Below are positions 1 to 12,406 of a stretch of DNA of 64,000 nt, piece by piece. Made by a program: the position numbers and the translations under genes. A model generated the notes under the pieces. The model was not told the origin of the DNA. It saw only the letters and a list, made by a program, of their open reading frames with translations, and did no database searches. How positions within the stretch are numbered: position 1 is the first letter of the stretch; every line of letters starts with the position of its first letter. This stretch comes from Lytechinus pictus (taxonomy: Eukaryota). Location: contig NC_087252.1 of NCBI RefSeq assembly GCF_037042905.1, positions 23,624,001 to 23,688,000 of the forward strand, read 5' to 3'.

Positions 1-213
1 TTTCTATTCTCTTATTTTCCCATCTTCCTCTCTCTCTCTTTTTTTTCCCGCTCTTCCCCCCTCTTTTTTTGAGCTGGGGTGAATGGGGGGTGAGGCAGTT
101 CCCCCTCGGCCCCCCATGGATCCGCACCTGATAGAACCCCATGGTCTCGTATCATTTGACCTTTGGACCTCTCGATGACATTTGATATATCTGATCATAA
201 TTTTACTCACACT

Positions 214-309
214 GCGGACTATCGGACCCGCGGTCTATCGGACCTGCGGACTAACGGACACGCGGTCTATCGGACCCGCGGACTATCGGACCCGCGGTCT
301 ATCGGGATG
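214..309. repeat. 16-bp minisatellite, ~6 copies (GCGGWCTATCGGACCC)
   Basis: Units start at 214, 230, 246, 262, 278 and 294; position 5 alternates A/T, giving a 32-bp higher-order period. Confidence 0.9.
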
Positions 310-1452
310 TCCCCAAAAGGATAGAGGTGAGTTTTAGCTTAATCTTAAAGCTCGTGGATAGTGTTGGTAAAGGATACAAAAATTCCAGTTGAATGGATCT
401 TTCCTATTGAATAACGATTGCTGATGATGATTCAATGCGAAATTGACAGAATTTCTTCTTGGAAATATTAAATTTTAAATAAACTCCGAGAAATAAAATC
501 ATTCTCCTCGGCTGAATTTCAAAGACAGTTCGCTGAATTTATGCGCACTTATATAGCGCCCACTTTCGTCCACGACTGATTTTTCCCCCTGTTAGTTGAT
601 CACTAGCCGTTCCACTTTTAGCAAACCGAAATATCCCTGCGAGCGTAGTCTGCTAATTCCGTGTGCGCGCTCGTCGATCATTGTTCCTTAGTTTTAGCAT
701 GGCCTCCGTCGAGTTTCTCCGCCAGCGAGATCGGCGAGGAGCACAGCTAGGAAACCGATGAATTTTTGTTAGATGGGTTAGATAATTATTTAAAAAAATG
801 TGGACTAACTTACCCCTTATGCTGTCCCTCCAACCTGTAGTTCACATGTTACAGTAGTTTATTTTGACGTTCATGAAAACGTATTAGAGATGAGTCTGTC
901 AAAATTTTGGCTACAAATTTCCACGTGCGACAAGATTGGTTCATGGTTCTTGAAACTGCGAGATACATTATACTGCATGCTGCATGCGATGCGATGCGAT
1001 GGACATTGGTCACGCTCGCTCAGCTCGGCGCTTCGGCCTGACATTCTCTCACGCTTTATCCAACTCTATGCATTCTGTTCATACACAGTTTTGCGTGTAC
1101 GATGTGTTCATGTCTTTCACGTCATATTTCAGCGCATGCATTGGGGAAGGGAAATTAATTTGGAAGTGGGAAAAGGGAGAAAAGAAGAAAGGGAAAGGTA
1201 AAAAAAAAGAGGATAACAAGTAAAGGAAAAGAAAGAACAAATGAGGCAAGGGAAACAGGAAATAAGAATGGAACGAGCTAACATGATAGCAGAGGCAGAT
1301 CAATTTCGCGGCCAATATCACGAATATGGGGGGGGGGAATTTTTCACCCATTATTTTCCACGATCGACCGCTCTGAGTTGATTTTTGTTTGTTTCTTTCT
1401 TTGAAGGTGTATACCTAACAGTCAGCTTTATTCTTATAAAACAACATAAATG

Positions 1453-1623
1453 CAGGGGCCGCAGAATGGTTTTCAAAGTGAGGGGGGCTGAGTCAAATGT
1501 TTTTTTTGGGGGGGGGGGGGTGACCATGCAAAAAATCACAATCAAATGGTCATTTTTACTTTTTTGAACACGGTTATGGAAAAAAGCAGGGGCTGGAGTC
1601 CCCCCTCGCTTCCGCGACCCCTG
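1453..1623. mobile_element. Short poly-G MITE
   Basis: CAGGGGCCGCAGAA...TTCCGCGACCCCTG inverted ends flanked by AAATG; absent at the homologous position (~41475) of copy 2. Confidence 0.6.
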
Positions 1624-4600
1624 AAATGTATAATCCTATACGTACTATTCAATATAGTGCGAGTGATGCGCGAGTTAAAATTTTTCGTAAATGTCATATT
1701 TTGTCCTGAAAATAAAACATCTAACTAATAACTATACTGCAAATACGAAGCACGAGCAGATTTTTTTTTCATATATATTCTGGCCTGATAAACAAGGGAC
1801 CTGTTCTGATTGTAGATAGTAGCCATGAAGACGATACATAGGCCTATATAATTATGATGGCCTATTTCAAGAATGGAATAATGCGAGCGCGAAGTGCGGG
1901 CTGAACATTTTTGACATTCCAACAAGAAAATTGACATTCTAAGCATTAATCCTGAACTGAATAGGTATATAACTAGACAATACGAGCAATAAGCGCGATG
2001 GGGAAAATTAAGATTTAGAGCTAAAAACGGGACACTAGTTCATGTTTTGTAAGGCGTGAAGATGGGTAATTAGGCATCTTCCTACGTAATGCGAGCGGGA
2101 AGTGCGAGCAGAATTCTAATCTGAAAACTATTTCAAACACTGAAAATGAAACTGACTGGATGTGGATCGCACTCAATAAATGATTCAAGCGCGAAGCTCG
2201 AGCGGATATTTTTCGGAAATTATTCTGACCTAGGACGGGAACATTCTAAGGACATTTTGTCATATGAAAATAGAAATTATCTACCTATTAAGTGTCCCCA
2301 AGCGCGAGATGAAAATTCTTTCAATTATAAAAAAAGACAATATAGTGATTAGCAATTCATGAAATGTTATTGTTATTATCTTATTTATTACTCTAATAAG
2401 CCCAATAAGAGCGAGAAATTTGTTAATATCAATTTTTGAAAACTGGATATTCTAAGTATTTTTCTATTTATGAATAGAAGGCATTGGTTGATATATCTTT
2501 AACAATTAATGCGAGCGCAAATCACGAACCGATTTTTTTTAATAAATTGTCATGAAAAGGGATTTTAAATAGTTTGTTATAGAGATAAATAACTAACCAA
2601 TCGAAATGTGAGCGCGCAGCGCTAGCTGATAGGTTTTGACAATCAGAGCTGATATGTTTTGACAATCAGACCTGAATAAGAATATTTTGAGAATTTATTG
2701 TAAATACGAAGACTAGAGATTGGGTACTTGACAAATAATGCGAGCGCGTAGCGCGAGCTGCATTGATACTCGATCAGACCATAAACGGACTACGGCTGCA
2801 CATTAAAAAAAATCAATTTGTAAATCAAGCAACGTGATATTTTAAGCTCCATATCAGCCCATTGAGGATTATTTGTATCTCGATATCAAACATGCAAGTG
2901 CGAGCGAAAAATTCATATAGTGATATGAAAGATTCTTATTTTTTTTGTATTTTCCAAGTCTTCTTCTCACCTTATTTTTTTCATTTGTCTTCCTCCTCTT
3001 TTCCTCCTTTTTTTCTCCTCTCTTTTCCCTTTTTTTATTTTCCCCACTCCTAGAGGGACCCGGGAACTTCGCCCTGGATCCGCGCTCGCATTATTCATGT
3101 TATTAATCTAGAAAGATCCCAAATTACTCATCCTTTTCATTATTTACAAAACATGAATGATGTGTCCCGTTTTAGTCTAAATCTCTTTTTTTTTACGCTC
3201 GCGCTTCACCCTCGCATCAATAGTTCAGTGATATACATATCCTGTTTACGTTTACAAAAAAGCTTAGAATTTCCCTTCTTTAGGTAAAAATGTACTTCTA
3301 TTTGATTGTTGAAATATGCAACGCATTCATGGCTAACTGCAAGACGTCCTTGACAGGTGCATGGTTCCTTTTCGATCAGATCAAAACGTATATTTAAAAT
3401 TTCTGTTCACGCTTCGCAGTAATTATTTAGTTGCATATATACATGATTCGTTCAGGCTCACAAACATTGCCCAGAATGTTAAAATTTCAAATACAAAATT
3501 AGCTCGCGCTTCGCGCTCGAACTATTTATATAAGGCTTATGAGATTATTAAATATTTATGTTGATTTATAGGAATACAGCTAATGGACTACCCCTTCAAA
3601 TAAACATACATAAATCAACTTCGAGCGGCCGATTGTGGAAAATGTGACTGAAAAATCCCCCCCCCCCATATCAGCGAAGCTGGATCCGCCCCTGTACCCA
3701 ACATATCATTTGTAAATATGCCTCTATAAAGGAGCTATATACAGTTCTTTACTTGTGTTTCTGCTCAGACTCATTAGAAAGGTGCAAATTGGAAACTTGA
3801 AACTGATCATGCATCCAGTGCCATTTGGCCAGGGTATACCAATCATGGTACAAGAGCGATTTATATAGTTTATGGCAATATCGAATTGGACTGTGTCAGG
3901 CAAGGTCGCCAATTATAGTAAAAAGATTCTTATAAAATTTTACGTTGTGAAGAAAGTTAAAAAATGGTCACTCGTTTCGTGTTAGATGTCAAGTAAGTTT
4001 TTTTATTTATTGGAACGTGGAACAAAAGAAAATGTATCATTTTGGATTTTGAAATAAAAATTGGTGGAAACAGCAAAACAGACGGGCCCATATTTTATAA
4101 TAGCAATTTTCGTACATTTAGCTCTATTGTGCAAGACTCTCTTACACTGGGGAAATGAAACAGAATATATGATAAATGACCATGCATGAATGAATGAATA
4201 AATGCATACAATTATTAAAGTAAATAAATAAAAATGTATGTCTATGAGCAATTTTCAAAATATACCTTGGTCGCCCCCAGCCCTGATCCGCCAATTTACA
4301 TGTGGAAAGAAAAATTATGGGAAAACTGGCGTATATGCTGTATTCTCGACCGCTGGTCTTTCTCACATTCATAAAATATTTTGGGAATAAGTTTTGACTT
4401 TATAAAATTATGAAGTCAGAGATCTTTTCATTTCAAGAGATTCGTACTTTGTTTCGTTGACAAACAAAAATTACACGTTTTATACAGCCGAAGGCCAAAT
4501 ACTTGCTCGTGCAGTATTATTTTGTCCACCCTATGCGATTGGTGAGGTGGGGGGGGGGGGGGGGGGGTAGGCCTATTGGGGAAGGGATAGGCCATGCAGT

Positions 4601-5290
4601 TGAACAAATAGGCATTTTCACAAGAAAGTGTGTGTGAAGAAATAATATTACTTCAATACACTATGAATTATGATGCAATTAATTTAGGCCGATATCGCAA
4701 CATGTTTGTTTTGGGTTTTTTTTGCTTTTCTCTCACTCATAACAGTCCGAGTGACAATATATATCCGGTTATTCATGAGGGACGTGTATCGTTTGGTTGT
4801 CAAGTTAGAAACAAAGAATTGCAATAATAAAGTTTGTCAGACTAGACAAATTCCCAACGACTCGTTCCCATGCAGCTCGATCCCCACCCAACCCCCCTCC
4901 CCTACGTTCTTTCTTTCTCTATATAATTTCTTTCTTTCATTGCATTTTTTCCCCTTCCCGTTCTTTCACCTCCTTTTTCTGATAATGACTTGAAAGTCGA
5001 TCAGTGCTTGGCTTGTAAATCATTGTCCCTGCCATTTTTTTGCATCTCTCCCACAGTTCAATGTTTAATTAAAGGTCAAGTCCACCCCAGAAAAAAGAAA
5101 TGTTGATTTGAATCAATAGAAAAAAAATCCAACAAGCATAATTTTGAAAAATTCATCAAAATTGGATGTAAAAATGAGTAAATCAGTATGGCATTTCCAA
5201 ATTTCACATAGCCTATATTTTTCACAAAATAGTTATATGCACAACTCAGTATTATGCAAATGAGAGTTGATGATGTCCCTCGATCACTAC

Positions 5291-6719
5291 CAACCGCGTA
5301 GCCAGGATTTCATTTTGGAGGGGGCGGTAAATGCACGCGAAGCGTGCCAACACTTACAGAGCGCGCGAAGCGCGCTCCCTAGGGGGTGGGTGCAGGGAGG
5401 GGGAGTTTCCCCCTCCCTTGCGAAGCTTTTGGTGTTTCATAAATTAAAATGAAAAGGAGCCGTCTCTCTTGTCTTTAGTACCTATATATCAGCTCCAATT
5501 CAGTTGACTATATTGTGATTTTGAACATTGTTTTCAAAAAAGATTGTGAACGCACAAAAAAGGAAAACAATGGAGGAAATTAAAATGATAATAACCCCGC
5601 GCGAAGCGCGGAAACTAAAGCGTTTTATCAATTTTTTGCCATGAAAAGGGTCCCGAGAAAACGGTATTCTCAAACACATATTGGATACTTCCCTTGGAAA
5701 GATCAGATTTGATTACAAATAATTTAGCGACAGTGCATATCTTTAACTCGCAAAACAGAGGAGAAGAAGTGTATATGCCGGGAGGAAGATATTCCTCCCC
5801 GCGCAGAACAACGAAACTCTGAAATTTCAAAGGGCAGACGTTTCATCAAATGCAGATATCTCCAATACCCGATCGGCTCTAATTCAATTAATTTTCTAAG
5901 ATTATTGAACTTCATTACAAGGAAAATAGTGCGCAAAAAGTTGAAACTTCTGTGATTTATTGAAATTATATAAAAAGGATACCTAATTTCTTTGACTTAT
6001 CCTGAAGCGCTTCATTTTGAATTATAAAGAAACTTTGGTGTCATTCAAAATTTCAAACTGAGGGCGCAAAACAGGACAGGAGATGAATGTGCAGGGAAAT
6101 GACATGAAGTTTAATAGAATTTGATAAAAAATATTGTACTTTTTTATTTAATAAGATACGAATTTTATACCTTCCTCTTTTTAAATTAGGAACCTGTTTG
6201 CCCCCAAAATTATGGTTGTTTAGTAATGAGCTGAAAAGCGGGAGAAGTTGACTTTATGGAGGTGACGGCAGAAATTGATATAAAGATTTCACCCAACCGG
6301 AGCCGACCCGACCAGAAGTTGCGCGATCAATTAAAAAAAAAGATAACTTCATATACTTCGGCCTAACCATGCCCTAATGTATACATTTGAACTTTACCCG
6401 GCAAGAAACACATATATAGCTGAGGTGGAAAAACAGGGTTAGAGAAAGGGTGGGGGAACAATGGAGATCTTCAATATTGTCATTTAACCGCGCGCAGCGC
6501 GGAAGCAAAATTCATATATAAATCTAGAGCAATTAGAGTGAAGGAGTTTCTCTTTTGAGAAAAAAAAAAGAATAAAAAGAAAAAAAAAACTCAAAGCTAC
6601 CTTTCTTCCCTTTCCTCCCTTCCCTTTTCCTTTTCTCCTCTCTTTTTTCTCTTTTTTTCTTTTTGGGGACGTTTTTTTTTTTGGGGGGGGGGGGCGACCG
6701 CCCCCACCGCCCCCCTGGC
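5291..6719. mobile_element. ~1.4-kb MITE-like insertion specific to copy 1
   Basis: Begins CAACCGCGTAGCCAGG and ends CCCCCTGGCT (partial inverted end); GCGCGAAGCGC-rich; not present in copy 2. Confidence 0.5.
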
Positions 6720-7968
6720 TTGTTTGAATTATATTTTAATTAGAGATTTGAAAATAAGGACCAACTTGACTGAACCATAGATATAATCCTCAGCGGTTAT
6801 TCCACATATTCAGGAAAAAAATAAAATTATGGGGAAATATATAAAATGATATCGAGGCCCTATATCGACGTTACACCCGACCCACATTATTATTGTTATT
6901 GTTCTTTTGGTAGGCCTATTTAGTTAGTGAGATAGTGGTTATTACCATGTGAAATGGCCATATTATGGAAAGATATACGATCAAACTGAATAACATTATT
7001 TACAGAACTTTATCCAATAAATTACTTATTCCATAGGAGAGCCAGTTTTCTGAAACTCGGCATGCTGAGCTGTATACTAGGCCCATGGTTTCGATTGAAT
7101 CAAATTATCTCGGGACACGCAGGATCTCTCCATGTACATGACCAGTGAACTGAACTCTTCATGACCTTTAGGAGGCCCGGTATACAAGATCATTGCATGC
7201 AATGTATCTGTTGACCTTATTACGTAACGTCTCCACACGCACTATTCAACACAAACACACACACTCATACCGTACACGTGTACACCCACGCACAAGTGAA
7301 TGAAATTCCCGGCCAGTCCTACTGCATACACAGAACATACATCAAACGTGCACACTGTACTAGTCTACGAATTCAGACACAATTAACACAAAGACTGCTT
7401 ATATATCATTTTAGTGAGAATTAAATCAATGCATTTCCAAAACATAAACAGGATGCACAATCTTGGAATTTTCTTTGAATGTAAGGGTTCTTTCTGTTGG
7501 TTTCATTTTCCTTTCTTTTCTTTTGAATCATTAGAATCGTAAAATAAAACTTTTTGTCAATCTGAAACAACATGAGCTGAGGCTAATACGCGGGAAGTCG
7601 GAGAAGAACCAAAAAAAGAAGTTTTTCCAATTCTAATTCTGTGCTGTACGTTATATTCATTCTGATTTATAAATTGTTCCAGTGTTATATTAGCAATCAG
7701 AGAGCAGATTCTTATTTGCAACAGCTAATATCGTGGTTGCATTTTTTTAATGGGGAAGATGGGACGGTCGAGGTTTGTTATATGCAAGCGGCCCCCAGCC
7801 AAGGGCAAGTTCAAACTTCAAGGAAGGTAGGAATGAGGTACGTACTCCTAATATCGATCAAGGCTGTTTAGATCTAAAGTCTGCTCTGCCGTTCGTTGTA
7901 ATGTGATGCAATCATGCAAGGAAAGTCTGGAAACGGCAATGTATCTACGACTATGAGCTTCGTAAAAC

Positions 7969-7991
7969 CATAGAGCTGTAATAGCTCTATG
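7969..7991. mobile_element. 23-bp hairpin insertion with 7-bp TSD (P-element-like remnant/footprint)
   Basis: CATAGAGCT-gtaat-AGCTCTATG flanked by GTAAAAC at 7962-7968 and 7992-7998; a single GTAAAAC at 48495-48501 in copy 2. Confidence 0.7.
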
Positions 7992-8728
7992 GTAAAACTG
8001 ATTGACAACGCAATTGTGTAGCGAGGACTACATTATCGTTCTCGCGTAACACACGCACGGCAGAGGCGGTGGTGCGCACTTTGAGTGTCTGCATGCAGCT
8101 ACGTTTCAAAAAGCTGGGTATCCCGACAAAGTAAAATCCACACATGTAAGAGCATAATTTATCATGAAAAACACCTTTTCATTTTATATCATCCACATCA
8201 TGACTGTTTTAGGACATACACATTCATATAATATACAAATTAATTAGAATGGTGACATGCCGATTTTGAGGAATTACCAAAACTATCCACCCTCTTTAAA
8301 AGTTTCGACACACTTGCTATTACTGATCTCTCGCGGAAGGGGGTAGACCGGTTTACTAACATATTCAAATTTTATGCATACCAGATTAACAAAGGTTGCC
8401 CCTAACAACCGGAAAGTTTGCCTGAGGTTTGTCCGACGTAGAAACAACTAATGTATGCAAAGTGGATTCCAAGTATTGAAATACCATTGTGAGGTACAGG
8501 TTGAAGGAATAACTCGTTACTAGGCCCCGAGGGAAGACACATTCATAAATTTTACTACATTAGAAAACCGGTCTATTCCATAGCGAGGGGCCCCGCATAG
8601 ATCGATGAATGCCCCCCCCCCCCCCACCCCACTTTGTTCTTCATTTTGGAACTGACAGAAGACCGGATCGAGTAACTGGAGCATAGAAGCATATAGATAG
8701 TGTGTAGGCGTTTATGAGAGCAGTGTTG

Positions 8729-11520
8729 TAGTCCAGGATAGAAGGGGTCGAACCTTGTTTTTTTATATATACAATGTTTTTTTTATGGTTTCTTGTCAAT
8801 TCGAGGGTGCTGATTCCGAATCTGAATGATGCCACTCGTGTAACCTTGAGCATTTTCTGCAAATTGGCAAAATCCAATATGGCCGCCAAAATATTCAAAT
8901 TACCCATGAAAATCATAAAATTGTCCACACATTGGCTTTAAAGTACATGCAATTGTGCTGCCGGAGTGAAATAATATCCGAAAAAATGATTTTTGTCAAA
9001 ATATTTATTTTCTTGATATCAAAATGGCCGCCATCATAGACCCCTGTACAATATGAATGGGGAAAATTAATTTTTACAAAATTGAGCACTGAAATGCAAG
9101 TAATTATGATCTATGAGTGAAGCAATGTCTGTAAACATGATTGCTAACGATATATATCATTTGTTTTGTCAGTCATGTGATAAATCCTGTATTTTGATAT
9201 TCAAAATGGCCTTCAAAAGCCCTAACACTATTATGTACAATGTGAATGGTGACACAAAAAAATCACAAGAGTGAGCACTAAAATGCATTTTGTTGAGATA
9301 AACGAGTGGAATACTGACTAAAAACATTTTTGTTAACGAAATTTATTATTTAACATGCCATGTATGTGATAAACCCTGTATTTTGATATTTAATATGACC
9401 GCCAAAGGCCCTAAAATTATGATCTATACGATGTGAGAGAGGACAAAAACAATCACAAGGTGAGCACTAAAACGTATTTTTTGTGGTAAATTAGTGGAAT
9501 ACTGTCTTCAAATATAATTTGCAACGAAATATATTATTCGGGTTTCATATTTGTGTTAAATATTGTATTTTGACTTTCAAAATGGCCGCCAAAAGACATT
9601 GACTGTATTATGTACAATCGATCTGGGAAACCAATTTTCACGTGAGTGAGCACCATAACATGCATATAATTGTGATTTAAGAGTAAAATATTGTCTGAAA
9701 ACATAATTCCTAACAAGATATATCATTCATTCTGCCAGGTAGGTGATAAATAATGTATTTTGAAAGTCAAACTGGCCGCTACAGGCCCTAACAATAGGCC
9801 TATTATGTCCTTTGTGAATGGGAACATATAATTTTAACAGAATTTGGCTTTGCTTGACTAAATGGTGTTGCATGTATGAGTGAAATATCGTCTGAAAATA
9901 TGATTTTGTAACCAAATAGATAATTTCTTATGTTATTTAGGTGATAAATGCTATATTTAAATTTCAAAATGGCTGCAATATGTTTCTTTGTGGAAATTAT
10001 CTTTCCCCATTCAAATTTTACATATTAAGATAAGGGACTATGGTGGCCATTTTTCATTTTTAAAAGGCTGCATTCATCACCTTTATGACACAAGCTATGA
10101 TATATTTCGTTAGAAATCATTGGGTTTAGACAATACTTAACACTTACATCAAAATTAAGCCATTTTCATAGTAAAAATTTTGTCAAAATTATCTGTCCCC
10201 AGTTACAATGTACATACTACTTTGGGCTATGGCAGCAATTTTGAATTTCAAAGTAAGGCCTTTATTACCTTCTCAACCATTATGTGATGTATTTAGTCAG
10301 AAATCATGTTCAAGACCAAATTTTACCTATACATCGCATAGTTACGTGCGTTTTTGGTTATCATTCTAATGATGATTAGTTTCCCTATACGCATGTTACA
10401 GAATTTGTAGGGGCTTGTGCGGCCGTTTTGAAAGTAAAAATACAGTATTTATCATCTATGGGAGAGGAAATGTTATATTTCATTAAAAAAATCACGTTTT
10501 CAAACAATATTTTCCTTATACAACAGAATTATATGGATTTCATAGTCAGGCAAATCCTAACTTGAATTCTTTCAAAAGTATTTGTCCCCATTTACATTGT
10601 AGATAATACTGTAAGGGCCCATAGGGGCCATTTTGAATTTTACAATACAGCATTTATCTCATGCATGAAAAATGAAATGATATGTTTCGCCAGAAATCAT
10701 GTGTTTAGACAATATTTCACTCGTATAGATTACAATTACATTCATTTTATTGTTTTTACTCTTGTGAAAATTAGTTTCTTCATTCGCTTTGTTCATAATA
10801 CAGATAGGGCCTATGGCAGCCATTTTGAATGTCAACATGCAGCATAATTACCGAAATTGCAAGGGAAATGACATGTTTCGTTAGAAATCCTTGTTGTCAG
10901 ACAGTGTTACACCAATATTTCGCAGTTATTGGCATTTTAAAGTCAAACAAATTCAAAGGTTGTGAAATTTATTTGTCCCCTTTTATATATTGTACACAGT
11001 ATAAGGGGTCTATGACAGCCATTTTGAATATCATAATACAGCATTTATCACATTAGATAGTATACAAATGACATAGTTTTGTTAATAGTCATGTTTTCAG
11101 ACAGTAGTCCACTCGCAGGTCACAATCACATGCAATAATACTGCTCTTGTTTGAAAAAATATTTTCCCAATTCATATTCTACATAATAAAGTATACAGGG
11201 GTTATGGCGGCCATTTTGAATATCAATAAAATAAATATTTTGTCAAATATCCCTTTTCCAATTGGTATTTCACTTCTGCACAACAACTTCATGCATTTTA
11301 TAGCTAATGTGTTGGCAATTTTATGATTTTCATGGGCAATTTGCATATTTTGGCGGCCATATTGGATTTAGCCAATTTGCGGAAAATGCTCAAGGTTACA
11401 AGAGTGGCATCATTCAGATTCGGAATCAGCACCCTCGAATTGACAAGAAACCATAAAAAAACATTGTATATCTAAAAAAACAAGGTTCGTCCCCTTGTCT
11501 ATGGGGCCTATCCTGGACTA
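8729..11520. mobile_element. Academ-type non-autonomous foldback element (2.8 kb)
   Basis: TAGTCCAGGATAG...CTATCCTGGACTA termini; TTG on both sides (3-bp TSD); >300-bp inverted arms; internal ~185-190-bp repeats (CAAAATGGCCGCC) that flip orientation near 10000. Confidence 0.8.
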
Positions 11521-12154
11521 TTGTACTGTGGAGCAAACCCATGAACTGAGTAATATACCAACAAAAGGATATTGAATTTGACACGTTCACTTATGGGCAA
11601 CGAATGTAAAGATTCAAAAACATTTGGGTAAATTTGTTATGAAGGGTCACTATACATGTAGCAGAATTTTATAGTTTAAACATATTTTTTGTAATTATGT
11701 AAGTGAATATCTTCTTCTTTGGTGGCCCTAAAAGATTAATCAATCGTAATTTTGAGACATGCTGACATTAAACAGACCTAATATTCACTGTAGCATACGT
11801 TTTTGTCCCTGTGTAATTTTCAAGAACATTGTTTTTAGTTGTTCATTTACATGCCTAAACAGAATAATTGGTTACACAGAAATGAGCTTGATCTTTGAAC
11901 AAAGTTACTAACAATTCTATGAATCATGAAATGAAAATATAGCAACGATGTTTACATGCGAATAATGGAACGAATGTTATTATAATACGCATTTAGAAGA
12001 CGGTATGTTTTATGGTACTCATTTTAACATATCTGTTTCTGTCATTAAAACTTGCCTAAAGTTTGTCTTAGATGGCAAATTATATATACTTTATGCAAAC
12101 ACTGTAACCTTCAACTGATTGACTGATTGAATCCGACGACCGGGGTAATAATAT

Positions 12155-12220
12155 ATCTGTAAAGCGCTTAGACACGTCGTTCCGATGGATTAAGCGCTAT
12201 ATAAAAGCGGATTATTATTA
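12155..12220 (+). repeat. 3' tail of a SINE/LINE ending in (ATT)n
   Basis: GTAAAGCGCTT...TAAGCGCTATATAAA followed by ATTATTATT; a related tail lies on the opposite strand near 62365-62410. Confidence 0.45.
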
Positions 12221-12307
12221 TTAGGTGATCTGTCAATTGACAGATCACCTCTTGTGTTTCTACGAATTTTCTTTTTTATTTATTTCTTTATTTATTTATT
12301 CTTTTTA

Positions 12308-12364
12308 TTAGGTGGTCTGTCAACGACAGATCACCTATTAGTTTTGTCAGAATTTTCTTTCTTC

Positions 12365-12406
<42 letters not shown>

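Larger units (their letters stand above)
349..8295. mobile_element. Large non-autonomous Kolobok-like DNA transposon, copy 1 (~7.9 kb, contains nested MITEs)
   Basis: TTAA at 345-348 and 8296-8299; AG...CT termini. Imperfect TIR: AGCTCGTGGATAGTGTTGGTAA vs reverse complement AGAGGGTGGATAGTTTTGGTAA. Colinear homology to 39224-48795 stops at the TTAAs. Confidence 0.8.

Noticed and set aside
700..945. THAP-domain-like words on the minus strand (HRFP....RR..W and ICSQNF)
   Set aside because: The motifs occur in the wrong order for a THAP domain and are only partly kept in copy 2; cannot be distinguished from chance.
7301..7312. NF-kB-like site (GGGAATTTCA on the minus strand; TGGAATTTCC near 47934)
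   Set aside because: Short motifs expected by chance, inside a transposon, with no known promoter position.
7680..7740. Plus-strand VILAIREQ...YRG resembling the end of a ballast/KolX domain
   Set aside because: Too short, contains a stop, and lies on the opposite strand to the other candidate remnant.
349..8295. Segmental duplication of a VLIG promoter region
   Set aside because: Homology with 39224-48795 ends at TIR/TTAA boundaries on both sides, favouring transposon copies.
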